Of a stretch of DNA of 64,000 nucleotides, positions 20,090 through 29,131 are shown one piece after another. The stretch spans positions 448,001-512,000 of the forward strand of contig CAVZVA010000005.1 in assembly GCA_963778655.1 (NCBI GenBank). The letters are read 5' to 3'. The notes under the pieces were generated by a model that was not told where the DNA came from, did no database searches, and saw nothing but the letters and a program-made list of their open reading frames with translations. Each line of letters opens with the position of its first letter. The stretch's first letter is position 1. The DNA comes from an uncultured delta proteobacterium (GTDB taxonomy: Bacteria; Myxococcota_A; Polyangia; Polyangiales; JAFGIB01). The translations under genes and the position numbers were made by a program.

Positions 20090-20965
20090 ATGAGAACCTG
20101 GAACACAGTTCTGTTGTCCGCCTGCATCTGTTTCGTCGCCTACGGATGCGCTGCCCCAACGGCCAGCGAGGACGAAGTCGGAGCCGAGGTGCAAGCCAAC
20201 GCCCAAGCCCTGTCCAAGGGCAAGCTGCTGGCCTTGGGAGATTCGGTCGCGTTCGGCTACAACCCGCTCGGCGATTTCACTGAGAAGAACACCTTCGTCG
20301 GCTACCCCGAGCTGCTGAAGTCGGAGTACTCGATCAAGAATGCCTCCTGTCCCGGCGAGACCTCCGGGTCGCTGTTGTCCCCGACTGCGCCGGACTACGG
20401 CTGCAGGGCCTATCGCGCTGCGTATCCGCTGCACGTCAACTACGGCGACAACGAAACCCAGCTCGACTATGCGCTGAGCAGGATCGAAGGCAGGGATGCC
20501 AACGCCGCGCCGGACCTGATCACGCTGAACGTTTCCGGAAACGATATCTTTCTGTTGGAGGCGAGCTGCGCCGACGACCCCAGCGGGTCCACTGCGTGCT
20601 TCCTGGCCGGCTTGCCGGACTTGATCGGCTCGGTCGCCCAGAACGTCGGCACGATCTTCGACCGCATTCGCAATGAGGGCGGTTACGAGGGCCGCCTCGT
20701 GTTTATGACGCTGTATTCGCTCGACTACAACGACCCGGTCTCGGTCGCCGTGCTCACAGCGCTGAACGGGCCCGTGTCCGCCGTCGCGAGGTCGTACGGC
20801 GCGGAAATTGCGGATGGCTATGGCGCCTTTCTGCTGGCGTCCGGCCCGGGCAAGGATCCGTGTGCGGCTGGGCTGTTGATTCCTCTGCCCTCGGGCGGAT
20901 GCGACGTTCACCCGACGCCGGAGGGCGCAGAGGTCCTGGCCCAGTCGGTGCGCGACGCGCAGTAG
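20090..20965 (+). CDS. SGNH/GDSL hydrolase lipoprotein
   Basis: Lipobox AYGC, LGDSVAFG, CPGETS, GND, DVHP. Confidence 0.9.
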   Translation: MRTWNTVLLSACICFVAYGCAAPTASEDEVGAEVQANAQALSKGKLLALGDSVAFGYNPLGDFTEKNTFVGYPELLKSEYSIKNASCPGETSGSLLSPTAPDYGCRAYRAAYPLHVNYGDNETQLDYALSRIEGRDANAAPDLITLNVSGNDIFLLEASCADDPSGSTACFLAGLPDLIGSVAQNVGTIFDRIRNEGGYEGRLVFMTLYSLDYNDPVSVAVLTALNGPVSAVARSYGAEIADGYGAFLLASGPGKDPCAAGLLIPLPSGGCDVHPTPEGAEVLAQSVRDAQ

Positions 20966-21067
20966 CACGCGGTTCACGAGCGACCGCGCTCGAGGCGCTC
21001 GAGGCGCGCCCAGGCGAGCAGGGGCAGGCTGCCCACCGTCAGCTCCTGCCCACGCCGCCGCCTCTCC

Positions 21068-21093
21068 TTGACACGAAAGCTAATTGTGCTAGC
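21068..21093 (+). promoter_or_regulatory. -35 box with adjacent candidate TetR operator
   Basis: TTGACA at 21068-21073 followed by the imperfect palindrome GCTAATTGTGCTAGC (21079-21093), upstream of the hydrolase-tetR pair. Confidence 0.5.
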
Positions 21094-21129
21094 CATTGGG
21101 CTATCTACATGATCCAAGGAGGCAGCACG

Positions 21130-21984
21130 ATGGCCACGACTGATTCCCCCGCGAGCGCCAACCCTACGGCGCAAGACTCCAAGACGCTGTTCCTCGACCG
21201 GCCCGGCGGGCGCATCGCCTACGACGTGAGCGGCAACGGGCCGCTCGTCGTTGGGGTGCCCGGCATGGGCGATCTGCGCTCGAACTTCCGTTACCTGGTG
21301 CCCGCGCTGGTCGCGGCCGGCTACCGCGTGGCGACCATGGACTTGCGCGGGCACGGCGATAGCGACGCGACCTTCAGCGCGTACGACGACGTCGCCGCAG
21401 GCTCTGACCTGCTCGCGCTGATCGCGCAGCTCGGGGGGCCGGCGGTGGTGATCGGCAACTCGATGGGCGCCGGCGCGGCGGCCTGGGCTGCTGCCGAAGA
21501 CCCGGCGGCCGTGGCGGGCCTGGTGCTGGTCGGGCCCTTCGTGCGCAATCCCCCTGTGGGCGCGCTCAAGGTGCTGTTGTTCAGGCTGGCCCTGCTCAAG
21601 CCCTGGGGTGCGGCAGCCTGGAATTCGTATATCCCCAAGCTGTATCCGGGGCGGCCTCCTTCGGACCTGGACGAGCACCGCGTGCAGATCCGCGAGAGCT
21701 TGCGCCGGCCCGGCCACTGGGCCGCCTTCGCGGCCACCACGCACACTTCGCATGCGCCGGCCGAGGCGCGCCTGGGCGAGGTCCGCGCGCCCGCGCTGGT
21801 CGTGATGGGAGCGGGCGACCCGGACTTCGACGATCCGCGCGCCGAAGCGTCGTACGTCGCGGACCGCTTGCGCGCCCAATCGGTGATCGTTCCAGGCGCC
21901 GGGCACTACCCGCACGCGGAGTATCCCGAGATCGTCAACCCCGCGATCATCGGCTTTCTCGGGCGTGTGACCGCGCGTGCCTAG
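21130..21984 (+). CDS. Alpha/beta-fold hydrolase
   Basis: RBS AAGGAGG, PGMG, DLRGHGDS, GNSMG nucleophile elbow, GAGDPD, GAGHYPHAE. Confidence 0.92.
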   Translation: MATTDSPASANPTAQDSKTLFLDRPGGRIAYDVSGNGPLVVGVPGMGDLRSNFRYLVPALVAAGYRVATMDLRGHGDSDATFSAYDDVAAGSDLLALIAQLGGPAVVIGNSMGAGAAAWAAAEDPAAVAGLVLVGPFVRNPPVGALKVLLFRLALLKPWGAAAWNSYIPKLYPGRPPSDLDEHRVQIRESLRRPGHWAAFAATTHTSHAPAEARLGEVRAPALVVMGAGDPDFDDPRAEASYVADRLRAQSVIVPGAGHYPHAEYPEIVNPAIIGFLGRVTARA

Positions 21985-22621
21985 GGCCGGGCTCACGCGC
22001 GAGCGGGTGGTCGCGGAGGCGGCGCGGCTTGCTGACGAGGTCGGCTACGAGCGGTTGACCGCGGCCGCAGTCGCCGCTCGCTTCGGCGTGCGGCTGCCGA
22101 GCTTGTACAAGCACGTCGACGGGCTGGACGCATTGCGCCGCTTCGTCACGCTGCTCGCCCTGCGCGAGCTCGGTGACGAGCTCAGGCGCGCAGCGGTGGG
22201 ACGATCGGGCAGCGTGGCGCTGCGCGCGCTGGCGCACCGGTACCGCGACTATGCACACCGCCATCCGGGCCGCTACGCCGCCACGCTCCACTCGCCGGAC
22301 CCGAGCGACGAGGCGCTGAGCGCCGCCGCCGAGGCGATCCTCGAAGTCGTGTTCGCGGTGCTGTCCGGATACGGGCTTTCGGGCGCCGACCTGGTCGACG
22401 CCACGCGCGTCCTCCGCAGCGGGCTGCACGGTTTCGTGAGCCTGGAGGCGGCCGGCGGGTTCGGGATGCCGCAAGACGTCGACCGCAGCTTCGAGCTGCT
22501 GGTCACGGCGCTCGACACCGCATTCGAGGACTGGAACGCCAGTGCCGCAGCGCGCAGCCGGCCGCGGGTCGCGGCCGCGACCCAACGCCGCAAGCCGAGG
22601 AGACGGCCAAGCCTGAGCTGA
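21977..22621 (+). CDS. TetR/AcrR regulator with WHG-type C-domain
   Basis: HTH AAVAARFGVRLPSLYKH, HPGRY, GLHGFVSLE. Overlaps the hydrolase stop. Confidence 0.92.
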   Translation: MPRAGLTRERVVAEAARLADEVGYERLTAAAVAARFGVRLPSLYKHVDGLDALRRFVTLLALRELGDELRRAAVGRSGSVALRALAHRYRDYAHRHPGRYAATLHSPDPSDEALSAAAEAILEVVFAVLSGYGLSGADLVDATRVLRSGLHGFVSLEAAGGFGMPQDVDRSFELLVTALDTAFEDWNASAAARSRPRVAAATQRRKPRRRPSLS

Positions 22622-22653
22622 TCGTACGTGGCACCGAGCCACGGCCGGCCGGC

Positions 22654-22824
22654 CTAGAGCACCGAACATATTGAAACACGCACGATTTCGGGGCCCTCGC
22701 GGGCGCATGGCACGCGCGCTCCCCGCTCGACGTAGGATGTACTGCGCCTTCGGGCTCCCGCCCGCACCCTGCATCCCGCCATGACCCCGACTTCGCACAC
22801 GTTTCAATATGTGCGGTGCTCTAG
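22654..22824. mobile_element. MITE-like element, 171 bp, 24-bp terminal inverted repeats
   Basis: CTAGAGCACCGAACATATTGAAAC (22654-22677) and GTTTCAATATGTGCGGTGCTCTAG (22801-22824) are 23/24 complementary, with CTAG at both ends. No coding capacity. Confidence 0.8.
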
Positions 22825-22929
22825 CGCGAGCTCCGGCCAAGATGGCAGCTTCACCCAGGCTCGCCGCCGGCGCGCGACGCTCGCGCAGGCGTCGACATCG
22901 CGGCGAGCCATCGGCTAATCTCACGCCAC

Positions 22930-23544
22930 ATGACGATCCAAGTGATTGGCGCGGGATTCGGGCGTACCGGGACGGATTCGATGCGCGAGGCGCTCGACAT
23001 CCTGGGCTTTGGTCCTTGCCACCACATGCGCGAGGTCAACACGCATGAAGAGCAGAAACGCCTGTGGCGGGCGCTGGCCCAGGGTGAGGCTCCGCGCTGG
23101 GACCAGCTCTTTGCCGGCTACCGATCGTGTGTGGATTGGCCTTCGGCACACTACTGGCGTGAGCTGATCGAGGTCTATCCGCAGGCCAAGGTCGTGCTGA
23201 CCTACCGCACGGCCGAGAGTTGGTGGCAGAGCTTTGTGCAGACGATCTTGGCGGGGATCAGCGAGAGTAGCGATCCCGCGTCGCTCGGGGTCGCGTTGGT
23301 CCGGGACCGGGTGTTTGGTGGCAAGCCCCAGGATCGGGAGCACGCCATCGCGCTCTACCAGGCCAACGTCGAGGCCGTGAAGGCGACCGTGCCGGAGCAG
23401 CGACTGCTGATCCATAGCCTCGGAGATGGTTGGGCGCCGCTATGCGCGTATCTCGGCGTCGCGATTCCGACCCAGCCCTATCCCAGCCGCAACACGACGG
23501 ATGAGTTTCGCCGGGCCCGGCTGCAGACCTCGTCGTCGAAGTGA
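22930..23544 (+). CDS. Sulfotransferase-family (P-loop) protein
   Basis: VIGAGFGRTGT, GPCHHM, VDWPS, YPQAKVVLT, DGWAPLCAYLG, PYPSRN. Confidence 0.9.
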   Translation: MTIQVIGAGFGRTGTDSMREALDILGFGPCHHMREVNTHEEQKRLWRALAQGEAPRWDQLFAGYRSCVDWPSAHYWRELIEVYPQAKVVLTYRTAESWWQSFVQTILAGISESSDPASLGVALVRDRVFGGKPQDREHAIALYQANVEAVKATVPEQRLLIHSLGDGWAPLCAYLGVAIPTQPYPSRNTTDEFRRARLQTSSSK

Positions 23545-23696
23545 GCCTGCATTGGCGCCTTCAGGAGCGCTTCGACGATTTCTGAGCCACCGGCCTCGTT
23601 CCGTGCGCCTGTTCGGGCATGCGGTATCCGACTCGAAGCAAGATTGGGCTCCAAATAGGATATCAGCTCGCAAGTCGGTTCCAGACTTTCGAACCG

Positions 23697-25493
23697 ATGA
23701 TCCCCAGATCCTGTGGTTACCGGAGGCGGCACGCGCCTCCCCCGCCCGTCGAGCAAAGCTCGCCGGGGCCCACCCCCACGCGAGGCCGCTTCGCGGCTCC
23801 TTCTCCGGACGGGCTAGCGTGCAATACCTCAGTGGCAGTGTTTGCTTGCACCGCCCTGCTCTGGGCGTGCTCCGGGGGCGGCAATGGCGGCACGACCTTT
23901 GGCGCCGCAGAGGGGATCGGCGGCGGAACGCCGGGGAGCGCGATAGGCAGCGGCGGCACGACCGGCGCGGGCGGCACCGCCGCCGCGGGCTCGGGCGGGT
24001 CGAACGGCGCAGCGCCTGGCACGGGCGGCACGGCCTCCGCGGGGACCGGTGGCACGCCGGGCACGGGCGGCACCCGCTCGGCGGGGACCGCTTCATCCGG
24101 AGGAGCAGGTGGCGCAGCCGGGGCGGCGGGCGCGATGTCGATTCCGATGTATTCGCTGCGGGTCGATGCGCCAATTAGCGGCGCGACCGTAGGCGGCGTC
24201 GTCACGGTGAGCGGCCTCGCTCCTGGCTTTCTGAACGTGGAGGTCTCGGACGCTACACACCAGCAACCGCCGCTCGCACAGACCGCGCCTGCAGCCGACG
24301 GCACGTTCTCGACCACGGTGGATACGAGCGCGCTTGCAAGCGGGTCGACGACCTGGACCGTCCACGCTTGGGATAGCGCTCCGGGCCAGTCGTTTGCACA
24401 CGAGGCCATGCTCGACCGGCCCCTCACGATCGATCAGGCGGCAGGGGGAGGCGGAACCGCCGGCGCGGGCGGCTGCACGCCGCGGAGCGATGCCCAGCTA
24501 TGCCAGGACGCCGGCAAGAACTGCGATACCTATGCGACCACCGACAACTGCGGCAGCAGCCGAAGCGCCAGCTGTGGGTCCTGCTCGGGCACCTGTACGA
24601 ACAACGTGTGCCAGACGACCACTGGCGGCCGCAACTTCCTGCTGGGCATGTTCAGCAGCGGCAGCGAGATCACCAGCTATTCCTCGTACCTCGGCTATCA
24701 CCCCGAGGTGACTTACAACAGCAGCTATCAGGATGACCACCATAAGTCGAGCTGCGGCCAGCCGATCAGTGGGCTGAACGACATCAACAACTACCCGGTG
24801 ATCATCTCCGTGTTTACCTACAACGCCGACTACGCCGGGACCGCCCAGGGTAACCACGACGACTGCTACGAGACCCTCTTTTCGGGCCTCGAGTCGAAGG
24901 CCAACAGCATCTATGGCGTTCGCATCGACGTCGAGTTCTACCCGCAGCCCCCGGCGGCCGAGTTCAAGGGGTCGTTCGACCGCATCGTGTCGATCGCAAA
25001 GAAGCACCTGCCTTCACGGGTCAAGTACATCTTCAATCCGAACTGGGACTCGGGGCTCGGCGCGGACTACGTGCCCGACAGCGCCGACGTGGTCGGTCCC
25101 GATGCGTACAACAATCCCACCTGGTGCTCCGGCAAGAGCTCGGCACAGTGCGCTGCAGACAAGCTCGATCCCAATCACCCCGGCTCGATCGCCTACTGGA
25201 CCAAGATCGCCCAGCAGCTGGGCAAGACCATGGCGTTGCCCGAGTGGGGTGACGACTATGGCGACGGCGTGTACATCGACGCCGTCGCGGATTGGGCGTT
25301 CGACAAGGTGCTGGTGACGCCCGGCATGTCCAACAACGTGGTTTATCTCGGATATTGGGACTCGAACCTCAACGAGGACGGCCACCTGCGCAACGATGCC
25401 AAGACCGCTTTCCAGCAGCGCTTCGGGAACATCTCGTACACCGGCACCTACTGGGGTCCGCTGATCCCGACCACGAGCTTCAGCAATTTCTAA
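23697..25493 (+). CDS. Lipoprotein: Gly/Thr linker, Ig-like domain, Cys-rich module, GH26-like catalytic domain
   Basis: LWAC lipobox, GGT repeats, VRIDVEF, YIFNPN, DVVGPDAYN, MALPEWG. Start uncertain (23619, 23697 or 23832). Confidence 0.7.
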   Translation: MIPRSCGYRRRHAPPPPVEQSSPGPTPTRGRFAAPSPDGLACNTSVAVFACTALLWACSGGGNGGTTFGAAEGIGGGTPGSAIGSGGTTGAGGTAAAGSGGSNGAAPGTGGTASAGTGGTPGTGGTRSAGTASSGGAGGAAGAAGAMSIPMYSLRVDAPISGATVGGVVTVSGLAPGFLNVEVSDATHQQPPLAQTAPAADGTFSTTVDTSALASGSTTWTVHAWDSAPGQSFAHEAMLDRPLTIDQAAGGGGTAGAGGCTPRSDAQLCQDAGKNCDTYATTDNCGSSRSASCGSCSGTCTNNVCQTTTGGRNFLLGMFSSGSEITSYSSYLGYHPEVTYNSSYQDDHHKSSCGQPISGLNDINNYPVIISVFTYNADYAGTAQGNHDDCYETLFSGLESKANSIYGVRIDVEFYPQPPAAEFKGSFDRIVSIAKKHLPSRVKYIFNPNWDSGLGADYVPDSADVVGPDAYNNPTWCSGKSSAQCAADKLDPNHPGSIAYWTKIAQQLGKTMALPEWGDDYGDGVYIDAVADWAFDKVLVTPGMSNNVVYLGYWDSNLNEDGHLRNDAKTAFQQRFGNISYTGTYWGPLIPTTSFSNF

Positions 25494-25539
25494 ATGACCG
25501 ATCACGATTCGGGAACGGCCATCCCGATCGGTCACTTAG
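25490..25539. repeat. 50-bp palindrome overlapping the TAA stop
   Basis: CTAAATGACCGATC ... GATCGGTCACTTAG (13/14), followed by an 8-bp hairpin GGTGCGGC-GGAT-GCCGCACC at 25541-25560. Confidence 0.75.
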
Positions 25540-25733
25540 GGGTGCGGCGGATGCCGCACCACCGCGAGAGGGTGAATGCGCAACCACGCTCACGGTCGGA
25601 ATAGGCGAAAAGGACGGTTTTTCATTCTCGACCCTTACCGTCAACGGAATCGCCGCCGGCTTGCGCAATAGCGGCTGAGCGCGGGGCGCCGGCAATGCCT
25701 TGCCGGCTCGGCTCGACTTGGGAAGCTAGGCGC

Positions 25734-26606
25734 ATGTGGCAAGCTGGACGGCGCCGGCGGGGCCCAAGACTCTATCTGCCGTTTCGCGATAGGCGTCCGA
25801 TGCCGGGCGGGATGTACAGCCTCGGCGACCCCCACGCCGGCGACACGGAGATCGAGCTCGACGATCAGCTGCCGCGCTACCGGGAGGGCAAGCGCGCGGC
25901 GCTCGACGCGGGTCGCGGCCCGTATCGGGAGCAGACCTTTGTCGCGGCCGACGCGGTCGTGGCCAGCTGGCTCTGCTCGGTGCTGAGAGCCGAGCATCCG
26001 GGGCACATGCTCGAAACGGCTCTCCGATCGGGGCTCGATGATCTCATGGCGGGGATCCAGGAAGACCTGGTCGTCATGCAGCGTGAGGAGGGCGCCGCTG
26101 CCGCGCACGCAACCGCGGCCTACACCAACGTGTGCTTTCCCAGTGGGTGGTGCCCGCGCTGCTTCCATGGCCGCGATTTCTTCGGGCTGCACGAAAAGGT
26201 GCCAGCCGAGGGGAACTTCAAGGCCAAGAATCGCGAGCGGCTGGCCGAGCGCTTGTTCAACATTGGACTCGGCCCGACGGTGCGGTTCGTGTGGAGCGTG
26301 GCATCCGACGGCCAGCTCGACCGGCGTCACTGTGAGCTGTGCGGCGACAACGCCTCTCTCACCCCGTGGCCGCAGTGCAAGACGCCCTTTCTTCGCGTAG
26401 AGCGCCAGGTGATCGTGCCTCTCGACGCGCGATTCAGCGCCTTTCTCATCCGCGTCTACATGGCTCCGGTGTCGTCGCTTTCGCCGGAGGCGCTCACAGA
26501 TCTGGTCGAGAGCGTGCGGCGCATGGACGAGGCGGTCGCCCGTTACAAGGGGCTCTTGCGGCATAGAGATCACATTCTCGCGCTCCTGGCTTCGGCGGCG
26601 CTGTGA
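25734..26606 (+). CDS. DUF3445 / heme-dependent oxidative N-demethylase alpha-subunit-like protein
   Basis: QEDLVVM, VCFPSGW.P, LHEKVP, RFVWSV, FLRVERQ, FLIRVY. Confidence 0.8.
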   Translation: MWQAGRRRRGPRLYLPFRDRRPMPGGMYSLGDPHAGDTEIELDDQLPRYREGKRAALDAGRGPYREQTFVAADAVVASWLCSVLRAEHPGHMLETALRSGLDDLMAGIQEDLVVMQREEGAAAAHATAAYTNVCFPSGWCPRCFHGRDFFGLHEKVPAEGNFKAKNRERLAERLFNIGLGPTVRFVWSVASDGQLDRRHCELCGDNASLTPWPQCKTPFLRVERQVIVPLDARFSAFLIRVYMAPVSSLSPEALTDLVESVRRMDEAVARYKGLLRHRDHILALLASAAL

Positions 26607-26688
26607 GAGACAAGCCGGTCAAAGGCCTGCCCCCGGGCATTCTGTTGTGCATAGTTGGCAGGCCGCGGCGTGATGGAGATACTGCGGC

Positions 26689-27834
26689 GTGGTCGCAGCC
26701 ACCCATCACGTCTTTCTGCTGCCGGGATTCCTCGGAATCGAGAGCATCGGCGATGTCGCCTACTTCGCGCACGTACGCGAGGTGCTCGGCCGAGAGCTGG
26801 CCGAGCGGGGGGTGAATGCAGAGATCCACGGAGTGCGAACTTTTGCCACGTCCTCGCTGCGCTCGCGAGTGCTGCGTCTGGTGGAGACGATTGCGGCGCG
26901 CGCGGACGACGCTTCACCGGTGCACCTGATCGGGCACTCGGCCGGGGGGCTGGACGCCCGGCTGTTCTGCGCGCCGGGCTTCGATCTCGGCACGGGCCGC
27001 GACACAACGGCTCTGGTCGAGCGCGTACGCACGATCGTCACAATCGCCTCGCCCCATCGCGGCACACCTCTGGCCACGTTCTTCACCACGCGCTTTGGGG
27101 CGCAGCTGCTGGGCGTGCTCTCGCTCGGCACGACCTACGTGCTGCGCTTCGGGCGGCTGCCGATTTCGGTGGTGGTGCGGATGGCGGCGCTGTTCGTGCG
27201 GCTGCACGGGCGGCTGGGGCGCTTCGAGAACTCGGTCGTGCACGAGATGCTCGAGCGCATGCTGGGGGACTTCTCCTCCGACCGCCGCGACGAGCTCAGC
27301 GAGCTGTTCAAGGAAATGGCGTACGACCAGGCGCTGATGGCGCAGCTGATGCCGGAGTCGATGGACATGTTTGACGCCGCAGCCGGCAGGCGTCCTGGGA
27401 TCCGCTGCGGCTCGGTGATCACCATGGCCGAGCCCGTGTCTCTGCACGGCGTGTTGCGCTTGGGCTTGGACCCATATTCGCAGGCCACGCTCGCGTTGTT
27501 CGGCGCCCTGCGCCGGCTCACCGCGGAAATGAACGAGCACTATCTGCCGAAGCTCGCGCCCGAGCAGTGGCAGCCGCTGGAACGCGGGTTCGGTCGCAGG
27601 CCGGGCGCGGGCGACAACGACGGCATCGTGCCGGTGCTGGCTCAGCTCTGGGGCGAGATTGTCCACGTCGCGCGTGCCGATCACTTCGACGTCATCGGCC
27701 ACTTCAACGACGCACGGCACGACCCGCCGCACTTCGACTGGCTCGCCAGCGACTGCCGCTTCGATCGCGGCAGCTTCGAGCGTCTGTGGCGCGACGTGGC
27801 CGGCTTCGTCGCGCAGAGCGCGCGCCCCGGCTGA
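26689..27834 (+). CDS. Lipase/esterase (alpha/beta hydrolase)
   Basis: LPGFLG, GHSAGGLDAR, SPHRGTPLA, NDGIVP, DHFDVIG. Confidence 0.9.
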   Translation: MVAATHHVFLLPGFLGIESIGDVAYFAHVREVLGRELAERGVNAEIHGVRTFATSSLRSRVLRLVETIAARADDASPVHLIGHSAGGLDARLFCAPGFDLGTGRDTTALVERVRTIVTIASPHRGTPLATFFTTRFGAQLLGVLSLGTTYVLRFGRLPISVVVRMAALFVRLHGRLGRFENSVVHEMLERMLGDFSSDRRDELSELFKEMAYDQALMAQLMPESMDMFDAAAGRRPGIRCGSVITMAEPVSLHGVLRLGLDPYSQATLALFGALRRLTAEMNEHYLPKLAPEQWQPLERGFGRRPGAGDNDGIVPVLAQLWGEIVHVARADHFDVIGHFNDARHDPPHFDWLASDCRFDRGSFERLWRDVAGFVAQSARPG

Positions 27835-27951
27835 GCGCTGTCGCGATCATGGCGGCCTCGGAGGGGCTTGCAATGTCCGACGGATGCGTGACGTCCCCCA
27901 TTTCATCACCGCCCTTGTTTCTCGCGTCCGTTGGCTGCTACAGCTCCGGCG

Positions 27952-29064
27952 ATGACACCCGTCGATCCCGCGGTCGCTCCGCTGTTCAGACCTTTTGCGC
28001 TGGGTCCGCTCACGCTGCCCAACCGCTTTGTGATGGCGCCGATGACGCGCACGAAGTCGCCCGGCGGCGTGCCCACCGACGAGGTGCTGGCGTACTACCG
28101 CCGGCGCGCCGAGCACGGCGTCGGCCTGATCATCACCGAAGGCACGACCATCGGCCATCCGGTCGCGACGCAGCATCCGGACGTCCCGTGCTTTCACGGC
28201 GCCGACGCGCTGGCCGGCTGGAAGCGCGTGGCCGACGCGGTGCACGCGGCCGGCGGACGGATCTTTCCGCAGCTCTGGCACGTCGGCAGCGCGCGGCGCA
28301 AGGGCACGCTGCCGTATCCCGAGCAGGAGAGCATCGGGCCGTCGGGCTTGGTGGCGCCGGGCAAGAAGCGCGTGCGAGAGATGACCGAACGGGACATCGC
28401 AGACGTGATCGCCGCGTACGCCAAGAGCGCGCGCTCGGCGCGCGAGCTCGGCTTCGACGGCCTGGAGCTGCACGGCGCGCACGGCTACCTGATCGACCAA
28501 TTCTTCTGGAGCGGCACCAACGTGCGCACGGACGCCTTCGGCGGCTCGCTGGTCGCGCGCACGCGCTTTGGCGCGGACGTCGTGCGCGCCGTGCGCAAGG
28601 AGGTCGGGCCTAGCTTCCCGATCGCGCTGCGCTACTCGCAATGGAAGCTGCAAGACTACGAGGCCAAGCTGGCCACCACCCCGGCGGAGCTCGAGGCGTT
28701 CCTCGGGCCGCTGGTCGAAGCGGGTGTCGACGTGTTCCACGCCAGCACGCGCCGCTTCTGGCTGCCCGAATTCGAAGGCTCGAAGCTGAACCTGGCCGGT
28801 TGGACCAAGAAGCTCAGCGGCAAGCCCGCGATCACGGTCGGCAGCGTCGGTCTCGACCAGGAGTTTCTGGTCGCGTACGTCGGCGTCGGCGCGCAGTCTC
28901 GGGGCCTCGAAGAGCTGGTGGCGCGGCTGCAAGACGAAGAGTTCGACTTGGTCGCGGTTGGACGCGTGCTGCTGCAGGATCCGGCCTGGGTCGAAAAGGT
29001 GCGTGAAGGTCGCCACGCCGAGATCCGCGCCTTCGACGCCGCCAGCCTGAAGGTGCTGTACTGA
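27952..29064 (+). CDS. NADH:flavin oxidoreductase (Old Yellow Enzyme family)
   Basis: NRFVMAPMTR, GLIITEG, QLWHVG, ELHGAHGYLIDQF, DLVAVGR. Confidence 0.95.
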   Translation: MTPVDPAVAPLFRPFALGPLTLPNRFVMAPMTRTKSPGGVPTDEVLAYYRRRAEHGVGLIITEGTTIGHPVATQHPDVPCFHGADALAGWKRVADAVHAAGGRIFPQLWHVGSARRKGTLPYPEQESIGPSGLVAPGKKRVREMTERDIADVIAAYAKSARSARELGFDGLELHGAHGYLIDQFFWSGTNVRTDAFGGSLVARTRFGADVVRAVRKEVGPSFPIALRYSQWKLQDYEAKLATTPAELEAFLGPLVEAGVDVFHASTRRFWLPEFEGSKLNLAGWTKKLSGKPAITVGSVGLDQEFLVAYVGVGAQSRGLEELVARLQDEEFDLVAVGRVLLQDPAWVEKVREGRHAEIRAFDAASLKVLY

Positions 29065-29131
29065 GCCCAGGCGGCCGGTCGCGCGCTGCATCCCAGCCTT
29101 GGTCGCATCGCAGGTGCGAGCCCGCGTAGTG

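Noticed and set aside
25561..25678. AT-richer stretch reading TTLTVGIGEKDGFSFSTLTVNG, a possible gene remnant
   Set aside because: Too short, with no start or recognisable family. Cannot be supported without a search.
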